Positions 45,550 through 55,583 are shown, counted from the first letter of the stretch. The stretch: 64,000 bases of DNA from a virus (IMGVR_UViG_3300037307_000058:3910-67909); one strand, 5' to 3'. The notes: a model not told the origin generated them from the letters alone. Numbers and translations are program-made.

Positions 45550-46797
45550 ATGAGTCGTGGGTGGCGACAGCAGTCCAAGCCGCGCATCACGCCTGACGAG
45601 GTGAAGTTTGCCGAGTTCAGCGGCGTGGTTAACACGCGCTCGCGCAAGGACACCGGGCTGTCCGCGCTGGTCAACGCGACCAACGTCTACGTCTCCGACA
45701 CCAAGAAGGTCACGCGTCGGGACGGATACTCCATCTACCGCAGCGGCAACGTTCAGTCAGCTTACGGCTGCGGCGACAACCTATACATCGTCGATAACGG
45801 ATCGCTCTACCGCTCGCGATCTACGACGCAGAACGACCTCATCGCTTCGGGCTTCACCGGCTCGCGGTACGAGTGGGACGACACCAACGGGGACGCGTAC
45901 TTTGCCAACGGGATCGAGGCGGGGATTCTGCGAGGTGACCAACTCCTACCGTGGCGGCTTACGCTACCGGCGGTGTCATCCGTGGCGGTTGTTTCGACGC
46001 GCGAGCTTCCCGGCACCGTGCTCAACGTCGGCAAGACCTACACCAACGCCACGTTCCGCGTCTGCGCCACCTACGAGACCAGCGACGGGCGCGAGTCCGC
46101 CCCCTCCGAGATCGTCGAGATCGTTTCGTCTCCGCTGACCAGCCTGCTGCGCGTCTCGGTCCCCACCGCGTATGCGCGCACCAACATCTACTGTACGGAA
46201 GCGGACGGCACGAACTTCCGGCTGGTGGCCACGACGACTGGGACGACGGTCACCTTCAATCCGCTTGTCGGCGGTCGTGAACTCACCACGCTGCACAAGT
46301 CGAGCCTGCCTGCGGGCGTCACGCACGTCGCCATCGCGCGTGCCGTGTGCTTCGTCGCGCAGTACCTGCCCGAGCAGGATGTGAGCGTCGTGTGGATGAG
46401 CGAGCCGCTGGCGTTCCACTTGTGGGACGAGGCGGACGGGTTCTTCGTCGTGAAGGGCGAGGTCGGCCTGCTGCTCTCCAACAACGGCGGGCTGCTGGTG
46501 GGTACGACCGATGCTGTCTACCAGTACAACCTAGACGGTGAACTCAAGGAACTGTGCGACTACGGCGTGGTGCCGGGGTCCGCAGGAGACACGGACGCGG
46601 AAGGGATGGCGTACTTCTGGACGGTGCGTGGCATCTGCAAGGCAATGCCGTTCGAGAACCTGACCGAGAATGACGTGAGCATGCCTGCGGGCTTGCGCGT
46701 GGCGTCGAAGTACGTGTACGTCAACGGGATGCAGCAGTTCATTACCGTCGCCCAAGGTGGCGGCGATTCTTTCAACGCACGTAGGGAACGGCAATGA
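45550..46797 (+). CDS. Tail tubular protein B / nozzle-like beta-propeller protein
   Basis: F.GVVN...; NV.VSD...V.RRDGY; beta-rich; V.W.SEPLA.HL. Confidence 0.55.
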   Translation: MSRGWRQQSKPRITPDEVKFAEFSGVVNTRSRKDTGLSALVNATNVYVSDTKKVTRRDGYSIYRSGNVQSAYGCGDNLYIVDNGSLYRSRSTTQNDLIASGFTGSRYEWDDTNGDAYFANGIEAGILRGDQLLPWRLTLPAVSSVAVVSTRELPGTVLNVGKTYTNATFRVCATYETSDGRESAPSEIVEIVSSPLTSLLRVSVPTAYARTNIYCTEADGTNFRLVATTTGTTVTFNPLVGGRELTTLHKSSLPAGVTHVAIARAVCFVAQYLPEQDVSVVWMSEPLAFHLWDEADGFFVVKGEVGLLLSNNGGLLVGTTDAVYQYNLDGELKELCDYGVVPGSAGDTDAEGMAYFWTVRGICKAMPFENLTENDVSMPAGLRVASKYVYVNGMQQFITVAQGGGDSFNARRERQ

Positions 46798-47243
46798 CCA
46801 TTCGACTCTCCACTGGCATGCGCAACAAGCTGCTCGACGGCGGCGCATCGGGCGGCATCAAGAACGCGCTCAACCTCGGGTTCATCAACATCTACCAGGG
46901 CACGCAGCCCGCAAGCGCGGACACCGGGGCCACCGGCACTTTGCTCGGCACGGTGTCGGTCGACGGCGGCGGTACGGGGCTGACCTTCGATGCCGCAGTG
47001 GCGGGGGTGATCTCGAAAGCCGCAGCCGAGACGTGGCGGTTCACCGGGCTGGCGGCAGGGACGGCGGGCTGGTACCGCTTCTACCCGGCGGCGGGTACGC
47101 CGGGGAACCTCTCGTCCACCGAAGCGCGCATCGACGGCTCCATCGGCACGAGCGGTGCGGACATGAACGTCTCCAATCTCGCCATCGAGATCGGTCAGGT
47201 CAACACCATCGACGCCTACACCTTCACGATGCCTGCCGCGTAA
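46794..47243 (+). CDS. Structural protein, paralogue B1
   Basis: STG.RNKLLD.....LNLGF.NIY.G..P.SAD...EAR..G..GTSGAD.N shared with the next gene. Confidence 0.8.
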   Translation: MTIRLSTGMRNKLLDGGASGGIKNALNLGFINIYQGTQPASADTGATGTLLGTVSVDGGGTGLTFDAAVAGVISKAAAETWRFTGLAAGTAGWYRFYPAAGTPGNLSSTEARIDGSIGTSGADMNVSNLAIEIGQVNTIDAYTFTMPAA

Positions 47244-47252
47244 AGGAGGTTG

Positions 47253-47705
47253 ATGATGGCGCTCAAGGCCAGCACGGGGCTTCGTAACAAGCTCCTCGAT
47301 ACGAACCCGCTGCGGACGATCTTCAACCTCGGGTTCCTGAACATCTACGCAGGGCCGGTGCCGTCGTCCGCCGACGATGCGCTCGTGGGTGGTACGCACA
47401 CGCTGCTCTGCCAGATCAGCAACAACAACACCACGACCGGGATCACGTTCGCTGCGTCGGCGTCAGGTGGCGCGATCACCAAGAACGCTGGCGAGACATG
47501 GAGCAAGGCCGCTGCCGCAACGGGCACGGCTGCGTTCTACCGGCTGGTGACGGCGAGCGACACGGGAGCGTCGAGCACGACCGAAGCGCGCGTTCAGGGC
47601 ACGTGCGGCACCAGCGGCGCGGACCTGAATCTGACCTCGCTGTCGTTCACCGCATCGACGGTCTACTCCATCGACTCCTACTCGGTGTCGATCCCGACGC
47701 TGTGA
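47253..47705 (+). CDS. Structural protein, paralogue B2
   Basis: ASTGLRNKLLD...FNLGFLNIYAGPVPSSAD...EARVQGTCGTSGADLN. Confidence 0.8.
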   Translation: MMALKASTGLRNKLLDTNPLRTIFNLGFLNIYAGPVPSSADDALVGGTHTLLCQISNNNTTTGITFAASASGGAITKNAGETWSKAAAATGTAAFYRLVTASDTGASSTTEARVQGTCGTSGADLNLTSLSFTASTVYSIDSYSVSIPTL

Positions 47706-48061
47706 AGCTCTCGTTCCACATCTACCACCACAGCTCGCTCAGTGATCGAGCTGTCCTTTCGCACATCAACAAGGAGGTACGCAGGATGGCAACCGCAATC
47801 GAGGAACTGACCAAGGCCACGTCGTCGCTGGAACAGACGGTGCAGACCATCGTCGTCATCGTCGGCGAGGTGAAGAACGCGCTGGACGAAGCGCGCGAGG
47901 CGAACGACATGACCGCAGTGCAGGCAGCAACGGCCCGCCTGAACGTGATGCGTCAAGCGCTCATCACCGCCGGTCTCGCCGCCGACATCACGCCCGAGAC
48001 CCCGGTCGAGCCGCCGGTCGAACCGCCCGTCGAGCCGCCGGTCGAACCCGCGCCGGTCTGA
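47702..48061 (+). CDS. Small coiled-coil protein with C-terminal PVEP x4 repeat
   Basis: GTGA overlap start; an alternative ATG (MATAIEEL) with AAGGAGG RBS is also present. Confidence 0.7.
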   Translation: MKLSFHIYHHSSLSDRAVLSHINKEVRRMATAIEELTKATSSLEQTVQTIVVIVGEVKNALDEAREANDMTAVQAATARLNVMRQALITAGLAADITPETPVEPPVEPPVEPPVEPAPV

Positions 48062-48082
48062 CGTAGCACCACCAGAGCTGCG

Positions 48083-48112
48083 GGGCGACCGGGGGCACTC
48101 GGTCGCCCTTTT
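48083..48112 (+). terminator. Rho-independent terminator
   Basis: GGGCGACCG-8nt-CGGTCGCCC-TTTT. Confidence 0.75.
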
Positions 48113-48115
48113 CAC

Positions 48116-51085
48116 ATGAGCAAGAACGACGACTACAAATCCGCGCGGTATGGCCGCGACTTCGCGAACCGCGAGCGCGAGTCCTACTTCGGCCTGCATC
48201 AGCGCCAGAAGGGCGCGGTGGCGGCGTACGACGACCGTGCGGACTACGTTGAAGTCGGCTCGATGAGTTTCAAGAGCATCCCTCGTCTGCGCATGTACGT
48301 GTCGCTGGCGAGTCCGGAGCTTGGCCCGTTCGTCGATGATGCCAAGCACAAGGCCAAACAGGCGTACCTGTCAGGCAAGCGGCACTGGTCTGCCGACTAC
48401 ATCATCGACGTTGCCAAGATTGCGATCTCGCTTGGCGGACGTACGTGCCACATTCGCATCACGTGGAACTTGGGGTTCTCGTTCGAGTTCATCACCTCGG
48501 GTAACCCCGTGTCTCTGCAGTCGGTGACGCAGGGATCGCAGACGTTCTACTCGTACAAGGCGGTCGGCGTCGCCGCAAGCATCCGGTACCAAGACGGCAA
48601 GCTCGACGTCAAGCCACGCATCACGAAGCAGAAGCGCTCTGTCGATAGCGAAATCTCAATCATTGACCGGCAGTTCCAGATACAGCTCGTCAACGAGCCT
48701 GTCGTGTACCCGCAAGAGAAGCGGTCGTTCCTGAGCTATCGCTACCGCCGCGCGCTGATGGAGACGTTCGCGCCGGGGCATGGCTGGACAGGAGTGCCGA
48801 CGCAGAACACCTACACACGGCACGACACGTTCACCGCTGAGGCGAACCCCGGCCCGCTGGTCACCTACAGCTCGCGCGACCGCTTCTTCGACGTTCCGTT
48901 CGAGGCGCACAACGCGCGCGACACGGACACTTCGCTGGCGTACATCCGTGGCACGGCGGATTGGCCGCGCGCCAACGGGTTGCAGAAGGTGAAGTCGCAG
49001 TGGGGCGAGCGCGAGTTCGCGGTGTACGTCACGGCGTTCAACCAGTTCATCGTGTTCCCTACTGCCGCCATCGGCCCACTCAACATCACCGACTCCACAC
49101 TGCAGAACGTGGACGAGGCGTACGTGCAACGATTCGCACCGACAATGCCGTCGTGGGCGTGGAAGCCGTCAGTCAAAGCAGAGACGTACTACAACACGGA
49201 CCCCGACATCAGCCACTGGCTCAAGGACGAGCCAGAGTGGGATTGGAAGTTCAACCACCTCAGCACGAAGGCCGTTGCTGTCGCGTTCGAGCGCGTGCAG
49301 ATGGAGAACGACCAGACGTACATCGACACGGACATCAACACGGATCAAGCGTGGACGCAAACGAAGTTCGACACCATCATCGCGGCGGACTGCGGCATCC
49401 TGTCGCTTGCGCAGATGGCCGATCCGGAAGCGTACAAGAGCGATGAGAAGTTCTTCATGGCACCGGGGCTTGTGGAAGTCACGGTGGAGATCACCATCAA
49501 CGGACCGGGGCTTGAGGATTACACCGCAACCGTCGTCGCTACGGAGCTGCGCAAGCCCTCGACGAATACGACCAACGTGCGGTGGCCGATGATCGCTGGG
49601 TACGTGTGGTACGACAACACGGTGGCCAAGAAGGGCGACCTCATCGCGGTGTGCCTCGAATACTGGCTGCGACCGAAGGGTACGTACGGAGAGGACACCG
49701 AGCGCGAGTGGTTCCTGTCCGTGCGCAACGTCACCACGAACGCGGAGCTGCTGTGCTATCGGTCGATGCGGATGCTGGCAGCGGACCTCACCACGCTGTC
49801 GTTCGCGCTGATGCCCATCGTGTACAAGCAGGAGCGTCGGCAATGCGTGCAGCGGAACTCGCAACCGGGTGGCGGCGGCATGGGGGTGACTTCCCCCTAC
49901 GACGTGCTGTTCAGCATCGCGCAGATCGCCGTGGTCATCGTGCACAGCGGCAAGTGGAAGGACACGTTGTGGCCTGAGACGATGGCTGTTGAAGATCGTA
50001 CGGAAGTACAGAACCTCATCAACCTCAATGCGCGTCTGTATATGGACGACCTGATCGCCAATCAGGGATCGGACCCGTGGGAGATGATGGCGCTCAACAG
50101 CGAGCGTGACGGCTGGTCGAGCGCGGGGATTCAGAACTACCGTGCGTGGTGGATGAACGAGCGCCACTACTGGTACAACGAGTTCTTCGTGTTCCAAGAC
50201 CCCGACGTGTGGTTCTACGGGTCGAGTTACCCGACAGAGGGGTACGTGCAGTACAAGGTCGCTTCGCCTGCGCCGACGCTCAACGCCGCAGGGACGGCGG
50301 CGCGCAAGGCGTGCAGCGCGGAAGGCGGGTCGCACGAGCACCTGATGTTCTGCACGAACCCGAAGTGGGGCTGGCACTGGTACATGGCCTACACGCGGGT
50401 GGCGTTTTGGCTGCACAACTTCAACACGTTCTACACGCACCCGAACGGCTCGTGGGCGTTTTATGAAAGCGCAATGCTGTACGACCGTAACGGCGTTCCC
50501 GGCGCGTATAACGTCCCTGCCGTGTACGGAGACACGAGCTACAACATCGTGCTGGACGGGTTCGAGTACAAGTACGAAACCTACGAGGCATACGACGTTG
50601 CGAAGATCGAGCATTGCATCTTCGATAAGATTCACTTCGAGCTGCGCACCTTCAAGCAGGTAATGGGCAAGAAGGACACGTCGTTCCGCGAGCTGTACAA
50701 CAAGGCGGTTGATAAGGGCAAGGCAGCGCTGACACTCGAAGCGGGCATCGACGAGCTTCCGCTGACGACGCTGAAGGCCACCTTCGAGAAGCAGCAGGTA
50801 ACGACAGATCGTGGGCACTACGTGCTAGAGCTGAAGGCCACGTGGCCGTCCACAGCGAGTTGGTGGTTCCAAGATCAGTCCTTCATGGGGATGGCTTACG
50901 GTGATGAGTTCCCGTACTACGCGGGGTTCGCGGGCAATCTGCTCGGGCTTAACCTCATGACGTACTGGCGCACCACCGACGCGATTATCAACGGCGTCAC
51001 AGGCATCCCCGGCCTGCCCGACATGACCAAGCCCGAGACGTACGGGCACCGCTTCGCTAACCCGATCATCATCGACGACAGGTAG
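48116..51085 (+). CDS. Large virion-associated protein (989 aa, Trp/Tyr-rich)
   Basis: Long ORF with phage codon usage in the tail block; no family recognised. Confidence 0.8.
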   Translation: MSKNDDYKSARYGRDFANRERESYFGLHQRQKGAVAAYDDRADYVEVGSMSFKSIPRLRMYVSLASPELGPFVDDAKHKAKQAYLSGKRHWSADYIIDVAKIAISLGGRTCHIRITWNLGFSFEFITSGNPVSLQSVTQGSQTFYSYKAVGVAASIRYQDGKLDVKPRITKQKRSVDSEISIIDRQFQIQLVNEPVVYPQEKRSFLSYRYRRALMETFAPGHGWTGVPTQNTYTRHDTFTAEANPGPLVTYSSRDRFFDVPFEAHNARDTDTSLAYIRGTADWPRANGLQKVKSQWGEREFAVYVTAFNQFIVFPTAAIGPLNITDSTLQNVDEAYVQRFAPTMPSWAWKPSVKAETYYNTDPDISHWLKDEPEWDWKFNHLSTKAVAVAFERVQMENDQTYIDTDINTDQAWTQTKFDTIIAADCGILSLAQMADPEAYKSDEKFFMAPGLVEVTVEITINGPGLEDYTATVVATELRKPSTNTTNVRWPMIAGYVWYDNTVAKKGDLIAVCLEYWLRPKGTYGEDTEREWFLSVRNVTTNAELLCYRSMRMLAADLTTLSFALMPIVYKQERRQCVQRNSQPGGGGMGVTSPYDVLFSIAQIAVVIVHSGKWKDTLWPETMAVEDRTEVQNLINLNARLYMDDLIANQGSDPWEMMALNSERDGWSSAGIQNYRAWWMNERHYWYNEFFVFQDPDVWFYGSSYPTEGYVQYKVASPAPTLNAAGTAARKACSAEGGSHEHLMFCTNPKWGWHWYMAYTRVAFWLHNFNTFYTHPNGSWAFYESAMLYDRNGVPGAYNVPAVYGDTSYNIVLDGFEYKYETYEAYDVAKIEHCIFDKIHFELRTFKQVMGKKDTSFRELYNKAVDKGKAALTLEAGIDELPLTTLKATFEKQQVTTDRGHYVLELKATWPSTASWWFQDQSFMGMAYGDEFPYYAGFAGNLLGLNLMTYWRTTDAIINGVTGIPGLPDMTKPETYGHRFANPIIIDDR

Positions 51086-51092
51086 AGGCACC

Positions 51093-52214
51093 ATGCCGAT
51101 CACTGGTGATGGCAGTTTCTTCCCGCTGGAATCTCTCGGCGGCAACAAGGCGTACGCGACGCAAGGCGTGACGAGTCAGCTCGAACCTCTGCAGTCCTCG
51201 GGGGGTCAATACGAGCACTCGACGATGGTCGCCACCCTGCCGATGCTCACCTCGGCAACGTCGGGGTTCCGCACAGGCGGGGCGATCTCGGCCACGCGCG
51301 CGCTCCCCGCGCTCACCGGGCAGAGCTTCATGGGGTCTCGGGCGGCGGGCGAGCTGCCCGCGCTCGCCGGGGCGGCGACTGCCACCTTCCCCCTGTCCTT
51401 CGCGGGCGCGGGGGTGCTGCCAGCGCTGACAGCTTCGGCGACCGGCTGGTTCGGGCGGGGGTTCTCGCAGGCGGCGGTCCTCCCCCGGTTGACCGGGTAC
51501 ACGAGGACAGGCCACAGCGCACGGCGCGAGCTGCCGTCCTTGGCCGGTGCCGCGCAAATGACGCGGTTGGAGTCAGGGTACTCCGGAGCGGTCCTGCCCG
51601 CCCTACGCGGTTCTGGTACGTACGTACTGTATTCGACACCGATGTTCGGGGCGGGCGAGCTGCCCATGCTGGTCCCCGGCCCGTACGCAGCGCAGCGGGC
51701 GGCGCTCCCGGCGCTCTCGGGGGCGTCTCTGGTGCTGCTGGACAACGCGGCGTTCGAGGCGTGGGTGATGAATGTGCGGAACAAGGGGGTGACGCGGTAC
51801 ACCAACTTCCCGTTCACGCAGCTCGTGCGATGGGGCAAGCGGACCTTCGCGGTGGGGAACGGCGACCTCTACGAACTCGGCGGCGATCTCGACGATGCCG
51901 ACCCGATCCAGTGGTCCTTCGAGACCGGGCTGAACGACCTCGGTAGCCCCGGCGTGAAGCACGTGCCCTACCTGTACATCGACGGCATTATCGACGGCGA
52001 GGTGCAGATCACGCTGATCGACGACCGCAACCGCGAGTTCATGTACGAGTACGACACGCAGCAGCGCGGCGCGGTGCATCAACCGCACCGGCGTAAACTA
52101 GGCAACGGCATTCGTACACGCAACGTTGCGTTCAGGCTTGGCAGCGATTCGGGGGCGTACGCCGAGATCGACTCTCTGGAACCTGAAGCGACCGTCACGC
52201 AAAGGAGCATCTGA
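51093..52214 (+). CDS. Tail protein with LPxLxG repeats and C-terminal beta domain
   Basis: About 9 LPAL(T/A/S)G-type units; C-terminal TRYTNFPF...F.TG..DLG. Confidence 0.7.
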   Translation: MPITGDGSFFPLESLGGNKAYATQGVTSQLEPLQSSGGQYEHSTMVATLPMLTSATSGFRTGGAISATRALPALTGQSFMGSRAAGELPALAGAATATFPLSFAGAGVLPALTASATGWFGRGFSQAAVLPRLTGYTRTGHSARRELPSLAGAAQMTRLESGYSGAVLPALRGSGTYVLYSTPMFGAGELPMLVPGPYAAQRAALPALSGASLVLLDNAAFEAWVMNVRNKGVTRYTNFPFTQLVRWGKRTFAVGNGDLYELGGDLDDADPIQWSFETGLNDLGSPGVKHVPYLYIDGIIDGEVQITLIDDRNREFMYEYDTQQRGAVHQPHRRKLGNGIRTRNVAFRLGSDSGAYAEIDSLEPEATVTQRSI

Positions 52215-54142
52215 TGGCTAACCTCACCCCCGACGAGATTCTGCAAATCCACAAGGACTACGCAGATGAGTTCGCCAACCTCGCGCAGTCGGGGCTGACC
52301 GGCGCGTTCGCGGCGTTGTCGCAGAGCGGCATCTTCGACTATCACCCGTCCACGTTCAGCTTCGCGTTCCCGAACTATGGGACGCCCGACAAGGATGTCG
52401 ATCTGCCGCAGAGGCCGCTTGAACCGACACTGCCGGATGCGCCCGAAGTCGAAGCGCACATCGCGCTTCCGAACCCGTCGTTCGGCAGTCCTCCGAACCC
52501 GTCGTACGGGGCCACGCCGATCTACAGCGCGCCGCCGAAGCCTTCGGAGACGCTGCCGGGGTTCTACGAGACCGCGCCTGCCACACCCGCCGCGCCGACG
52601 ATGCCCGATGTGCCGTCGTACCTGCAGCTCCCCGACTACACGCTGCCGTACACGGAGATCAACGTTCCCGATGCTCCGGTCATCACCATGCCGGTGTTCG
52701 AGGGTCGGCGTCCTGCTGACATCCAAGTGCCCGATGCAACGGCCATCGTGCAGGAGTACACCGACGAGCAGAACAACCATCGCGCGATGCTGCCTGCGTA
52801 CGTGCGCGAGAACGCCGACGCCATGCTCGCCGAGTTCGTTCCCGAATACCACACACTGCGAGCGCGCATCAACAACGCCATCACATCGTACACCGACCCG
52901 GTGAACGGCGGCGGCATCGGAACGCCCGAGCAGATCGAGAACGCCATCTACGCGCGCGCCAGCGACCGCGCCTCGAAGGAGTTCAACGCCGCCGTCTCAA
53001 CCGCGATGGAGACCGTGGCCAAGCGCGGGTTCAAGATGCCGCCGGGGGCGTTGTACGGCCTCGTTCGCAAAGCACGTACCGACATGGGCGACGCGCTCGT
53101 GCGCAGCTCTACGGAGATTGCCGTCAAGAACGTGGAGCTGGAACAGCAGAACTTCCAGTTCATGTTGAAGCTCGGCGCGCAGCTCGAAGAGAAGATGCTC
53201 GACACACTGTCGCAGTACATGAACCTCTCGCTGCAGATGGACGGGTTGGCCATTCAGTCGGCGAAGGAGATCGTCGCGGCCTACATCGGCGCGTACAACC
53301 TGCAGGTCATGGTGTTCAAGGCGATGATGGATGGCTACGTCGCCGACGTGCAGGTGTACCGGGCGAAGATCGAAGCGCTCGACTCCACCGTGAAGCTGTA
53401 CGAAGCAGAGATCAGGGCAGAGCTTGCCAAGACCGAAGTCAACAACGCGTATGTGAAGGTGATGCAGGCGGTGGCCGATGTGAATCAGTCGCTGGCCAAC
53501 ACGTACAAGGCGCAGGTCGATGCGGCGCTATCGACGCTGGAAGTGGCGCGCACGCAAGTAGCGATCTACGAGGCGAAGGCACGCGCGTACACCGCGCAGG
53601 TGCAGGCGTACGAGTCTCGCTGGAACGCTTACCGCGCGGAAGTGGACGGTGAGCTTGGGAAATTCAAGGGATACGAGGCTGCAGTCAATGGCTACGTGGC
53701 GCAGGCTCAAGGTTACAAGGCTCGGGTTGACGGCTATGCAGCGCAAGTGTCCGCAGCGGCTGAAACCAATCGAGCAATCGGTGCGACAAACGAATCGCGG
53801 GTCAAGGTCTACAGTGCGCAGGCCGAGACGGCGATCAAGAACTTCGAGTCACTGATCGCTGCGTACACCGCCGAGTCTAACGCTGCCATCGCGCAGACGC
53901 AGATCGAGATCGAATACTGGCGCACGCAGTCGAACCTGCTGTTCCAAGAGTTCAACGTCGCGGTGAACCAAGCGTTCGAGTACGCACGTGAGCAGATGAA
54001 CCTCTTCCGTGGCCAGATGGAAGCGGCGATCAACGCGGCGAACGGCCTTGCGCAAGCGTCCGCCGTCGCGGGCAACCTCGCGGGCGGCGCGATGCAGGGT
54101 CTCACGAGCTTCGCCGGTCGCCTTGTCAGCTCGGAGGAGTAG
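52214..54142 (+). CDS. Virion protein with Pro-rich N-terminus and long coiled coil (possible ejection/pilot protein)
   Basis: Repeated Y.A.V.AY heptad-like pattern; no Cys seen. Confidence 0.65.
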   Translation: MANLTPDEILQIHKDYADEFANLAQSGLTGAFAALSQSGIFDYHPSTFSFAFPNYGTPDKDVDLPQRPLEPTLPDAPEVEAHIALPNPSFGSPPNPSYGATPIYSAPPKPSETLPGFYETAPATPAAPTMPDVPSYLQLPDYTLPYTEINVPDAPVITMPVFEGRRPADIQVPDATAIVQEYTDEQNNHRAMLPAYVRENADAMLAEFVPEYHTLRARINNAITSYTDPVNGGGIGTPEQIENAIYARASDRASKEFNAAVSTAMETVAKRGFKMPPGALYGLVRKARTDMGDALVRSSTEIAVKNVELEQQNFQFMLKLGAQLEEKMLDTLSQYMNLSLQMDGLAIQSAKEIVAAYIGAYNLQVMVFKAMMDGYVADVQVYRAKIEALDSTVKLYEAEIRAELAKTEVNNAYVKVMQAVADVNQSLANTYKAQVDAALSTLEVARTQVAIYEAKARAYTAQVQAYESRWNAYRAEVDGELGKFKGYEAAVNGYVAQAQGYKARVDGYAAQVSAAAETNRAIGATNESRVKVYSAQAETAIKNFESLIAAYTAESNAAIAQTQIEIEYWRTQSNLLFQEFNVAVNQAFEYAREQMNLFRGQMEAAINAANGLAQASAVAGNLAGGAMQGLTSFAGRLVSSEE

Positions 54143-54147
54143 CGGTA

Positions 54148-54372
54148 CTATTCGACTTCGTGGTTTGCTGCCACTGCCCCCGTCCCTCCCGTCGGGGGCT
54201 TTTTTACGTCTGCAAACACCGACGCGAGCACCACGACGACTTCGGCTGGAACGCCAAAATAGTTCCACACCGGCACGCCGTTCCGCGTGCGGCGTACGCG
54301 GACACGGAAGCGATCTACCACATCCGCTTGCGTGTAGAACTGCAGCTTATCGTCTCCGACCCATCCGATCAT
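54148..54372 (-). CDS. Hypothetical protein (74 aa)
   Basis: MIGWVGDDKLQFY...; last gene of the leftward arm. Confidence 0.55.
   Translation of the reverse strand: MIGWVGDDKLQFYTQADVVDRFRVRVRRTRNGVPVWNYFGVPAEVVVVLASVFADVKKPPTGGTGAVAANHEVE
54176..54205 (+). terminator. Rho-independent terminator at the convergence of late and replication arms
   Basis: GCCCCCG-10nt-CGGGGGC-TTTTTT. Confidence 0.8.
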
Positions 54373-54484
54373 TTTGCGTCCTCGTATACAGCGAGCTTGC
54401 TGCAATCGCCAGCCCGCCAAAGCACAGTATCCCCGCGACGAGATACACGAACACAAGGAACCAATGCAGCAGCAGCTCGATCAT
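54347..54484 (-). CDS. Small membrane protein (45 aa)
   Basis: MIELLLHWFLVFVYLVAGILCFGGLAIAASSLY; ATGA overlap. Confidence 0.7.
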   Translation of the reverse strand: MIELLLHWFLVFVYLVAGILCFGGLAIAASSLYTRTQNDRMGRRR

Positions 54485-55368
54485 GGCGCGAGCACCGCAC
54501 GCACGGGGTACTTGTCGGGACGGTGCACGCCAGCCACTGCGTCGTCGTACAGTCGCACATCGAGGAGGTGGTCGAGACCGTCCTTGGCAGCGGCGGGCAG
54601 CGCGAACGTCGCCTTGCCGTTGACGAACGGCTTCACGCCTTGGTACCACGGCGAGATGTCGCGCGAGTCGATGAGCAGTTCGACCTTTGCGAAACGCGGC
54701 GCAGCTTCGATGGTGACGACGCCAGCCGCGTAGTTCACCGTTGCGTTCGTGTACGACGGTGACGCCGGAATGATGAACTTCCACTTCGCCGTACTCTTGG
54801 CATTGTCGAGCGGGCCGATGTACGTTCCCGTCGCTCGTAACGCACGTGCGTACACGGAGTGCTCCTTGCCGTCCTGATACATCTCAGGCACACACCACGT
54901 CCACGTGTTCGGGTAGCCCTTCATGGTCGCGAGCACCTTGGCTTCCTCGTACAGCGTCGAGCTGTCGATGCGGAGCTGCACACGCGTGCCTGACTCGACC
55001 ACCCACCCGTGCAGGTAGACGAGTGCAGAGCAGCCGGGGTTGAACGCCTTGCCTGTGATGGTGCCGACGACCATAGTTGGCGGCTTCGGTCGCATGTTCG
55101 CTGCGACGCTTTCAAGATACGCAAGCGACTGCTGACGCACCACTGCGTCCACTTGCGCTGCGGGAAGCACCTCTCCAGTGAACATCACGCCAAGTGAAGC
55201 TTCCTTGGCTTGCGGCCCGGTCGGCTCCACAGACGGAAGGCGCAACACAGGCGGCGGCAGCGTCTGCCCATAGGCTTTCGCCGAGTGGAACAGCAGTGCG
55301 AGCGCGCCAAGCACGATGGCAAGCGCGACGAGTGTGCCGAGCAACATCTCGATAATGGACCGTCTCAT
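54481..55368 (-). CDS. Exported/membrane-anchored protein with two Ig-like domains (295 aa)
   Basis: Start reassigned to MRRSII (GGAG RBS); N-terminal signal/TM; VPEMYQDGKEHSVYARA and LPAAAKDGLDHLLDVRLY repeat a similar strand. Confidence 0.7.
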   Translation of the reverse strand: MRRSIIEMLLGTLVALAIVLGALALLFHSAKAYGQTLPPPVLRLPSVEPTGPQAKEASLGVMFTGEVLPAAQVDAVVRQQSLAYLESVAANMRPKPPTMVVGTITGKAFNPGCSALVYLHGWVVESGTRVQLRIDSSTLYEEAKVLATMKGYPNTWTWCVPEMYQDGKEHSVYARALRATGTYIGPLDNAKSTAKWKFIIPASPSYTNATVNYAAGVVTIEAAPRFAKVELLIDSRDISPWYQGVKPFVNGKATFALPAAAKDGLDHLLDVRLYDDAVAGVHRPDKYPVRAVLAP

Positions 55369-55583
55369 GTCAGCTCCTCGATGAGTTTTTCCAGAGTGTG
55401 TTGCGCCTTGCCGATGTCCAGCGCGCCCCCCTTGTCGCGCTCTCGCGCAAGGTACACGATAGCCGTGCCCTTCATGAACCCACGGAACTCGTCGGGAGTG
55501 AGCCACGCTTTCAGCGCGTCCCACGGTTGTACCGCGAGCTTCTTGTAGTGATCCCCCCCAATCTGCCGGTCATTTGCGCTCAT
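55365..55583 (-). CDS. DUF3310 (SaV-like) phage protein
   Basis: QIGGDHYK...QPWD...GFMKG....Y..R...KGG..DI.KA. Confidence 0.88.
   Translation of the reverse strand: MSANDRQIGGDHYKKLAVQPWDALKAWLTPDEFRGFMKGTAIVYLARERDKGGALDIGKAQHTLEKLIEELT

Noticed and set aside
32845-54142. Diversity-generating retroelement acting on tail fibres
   Set aside because: No reverse transcriptase ORF and no near-identical TR/VR pair differing at adenines was seen; one could lie outside the window
54369-54560. Cys-rich 63-aa ORF as an o-spanin lipoprotein
   Set aside because: No lipobox or signal peptide; overlaps two better-supported genes
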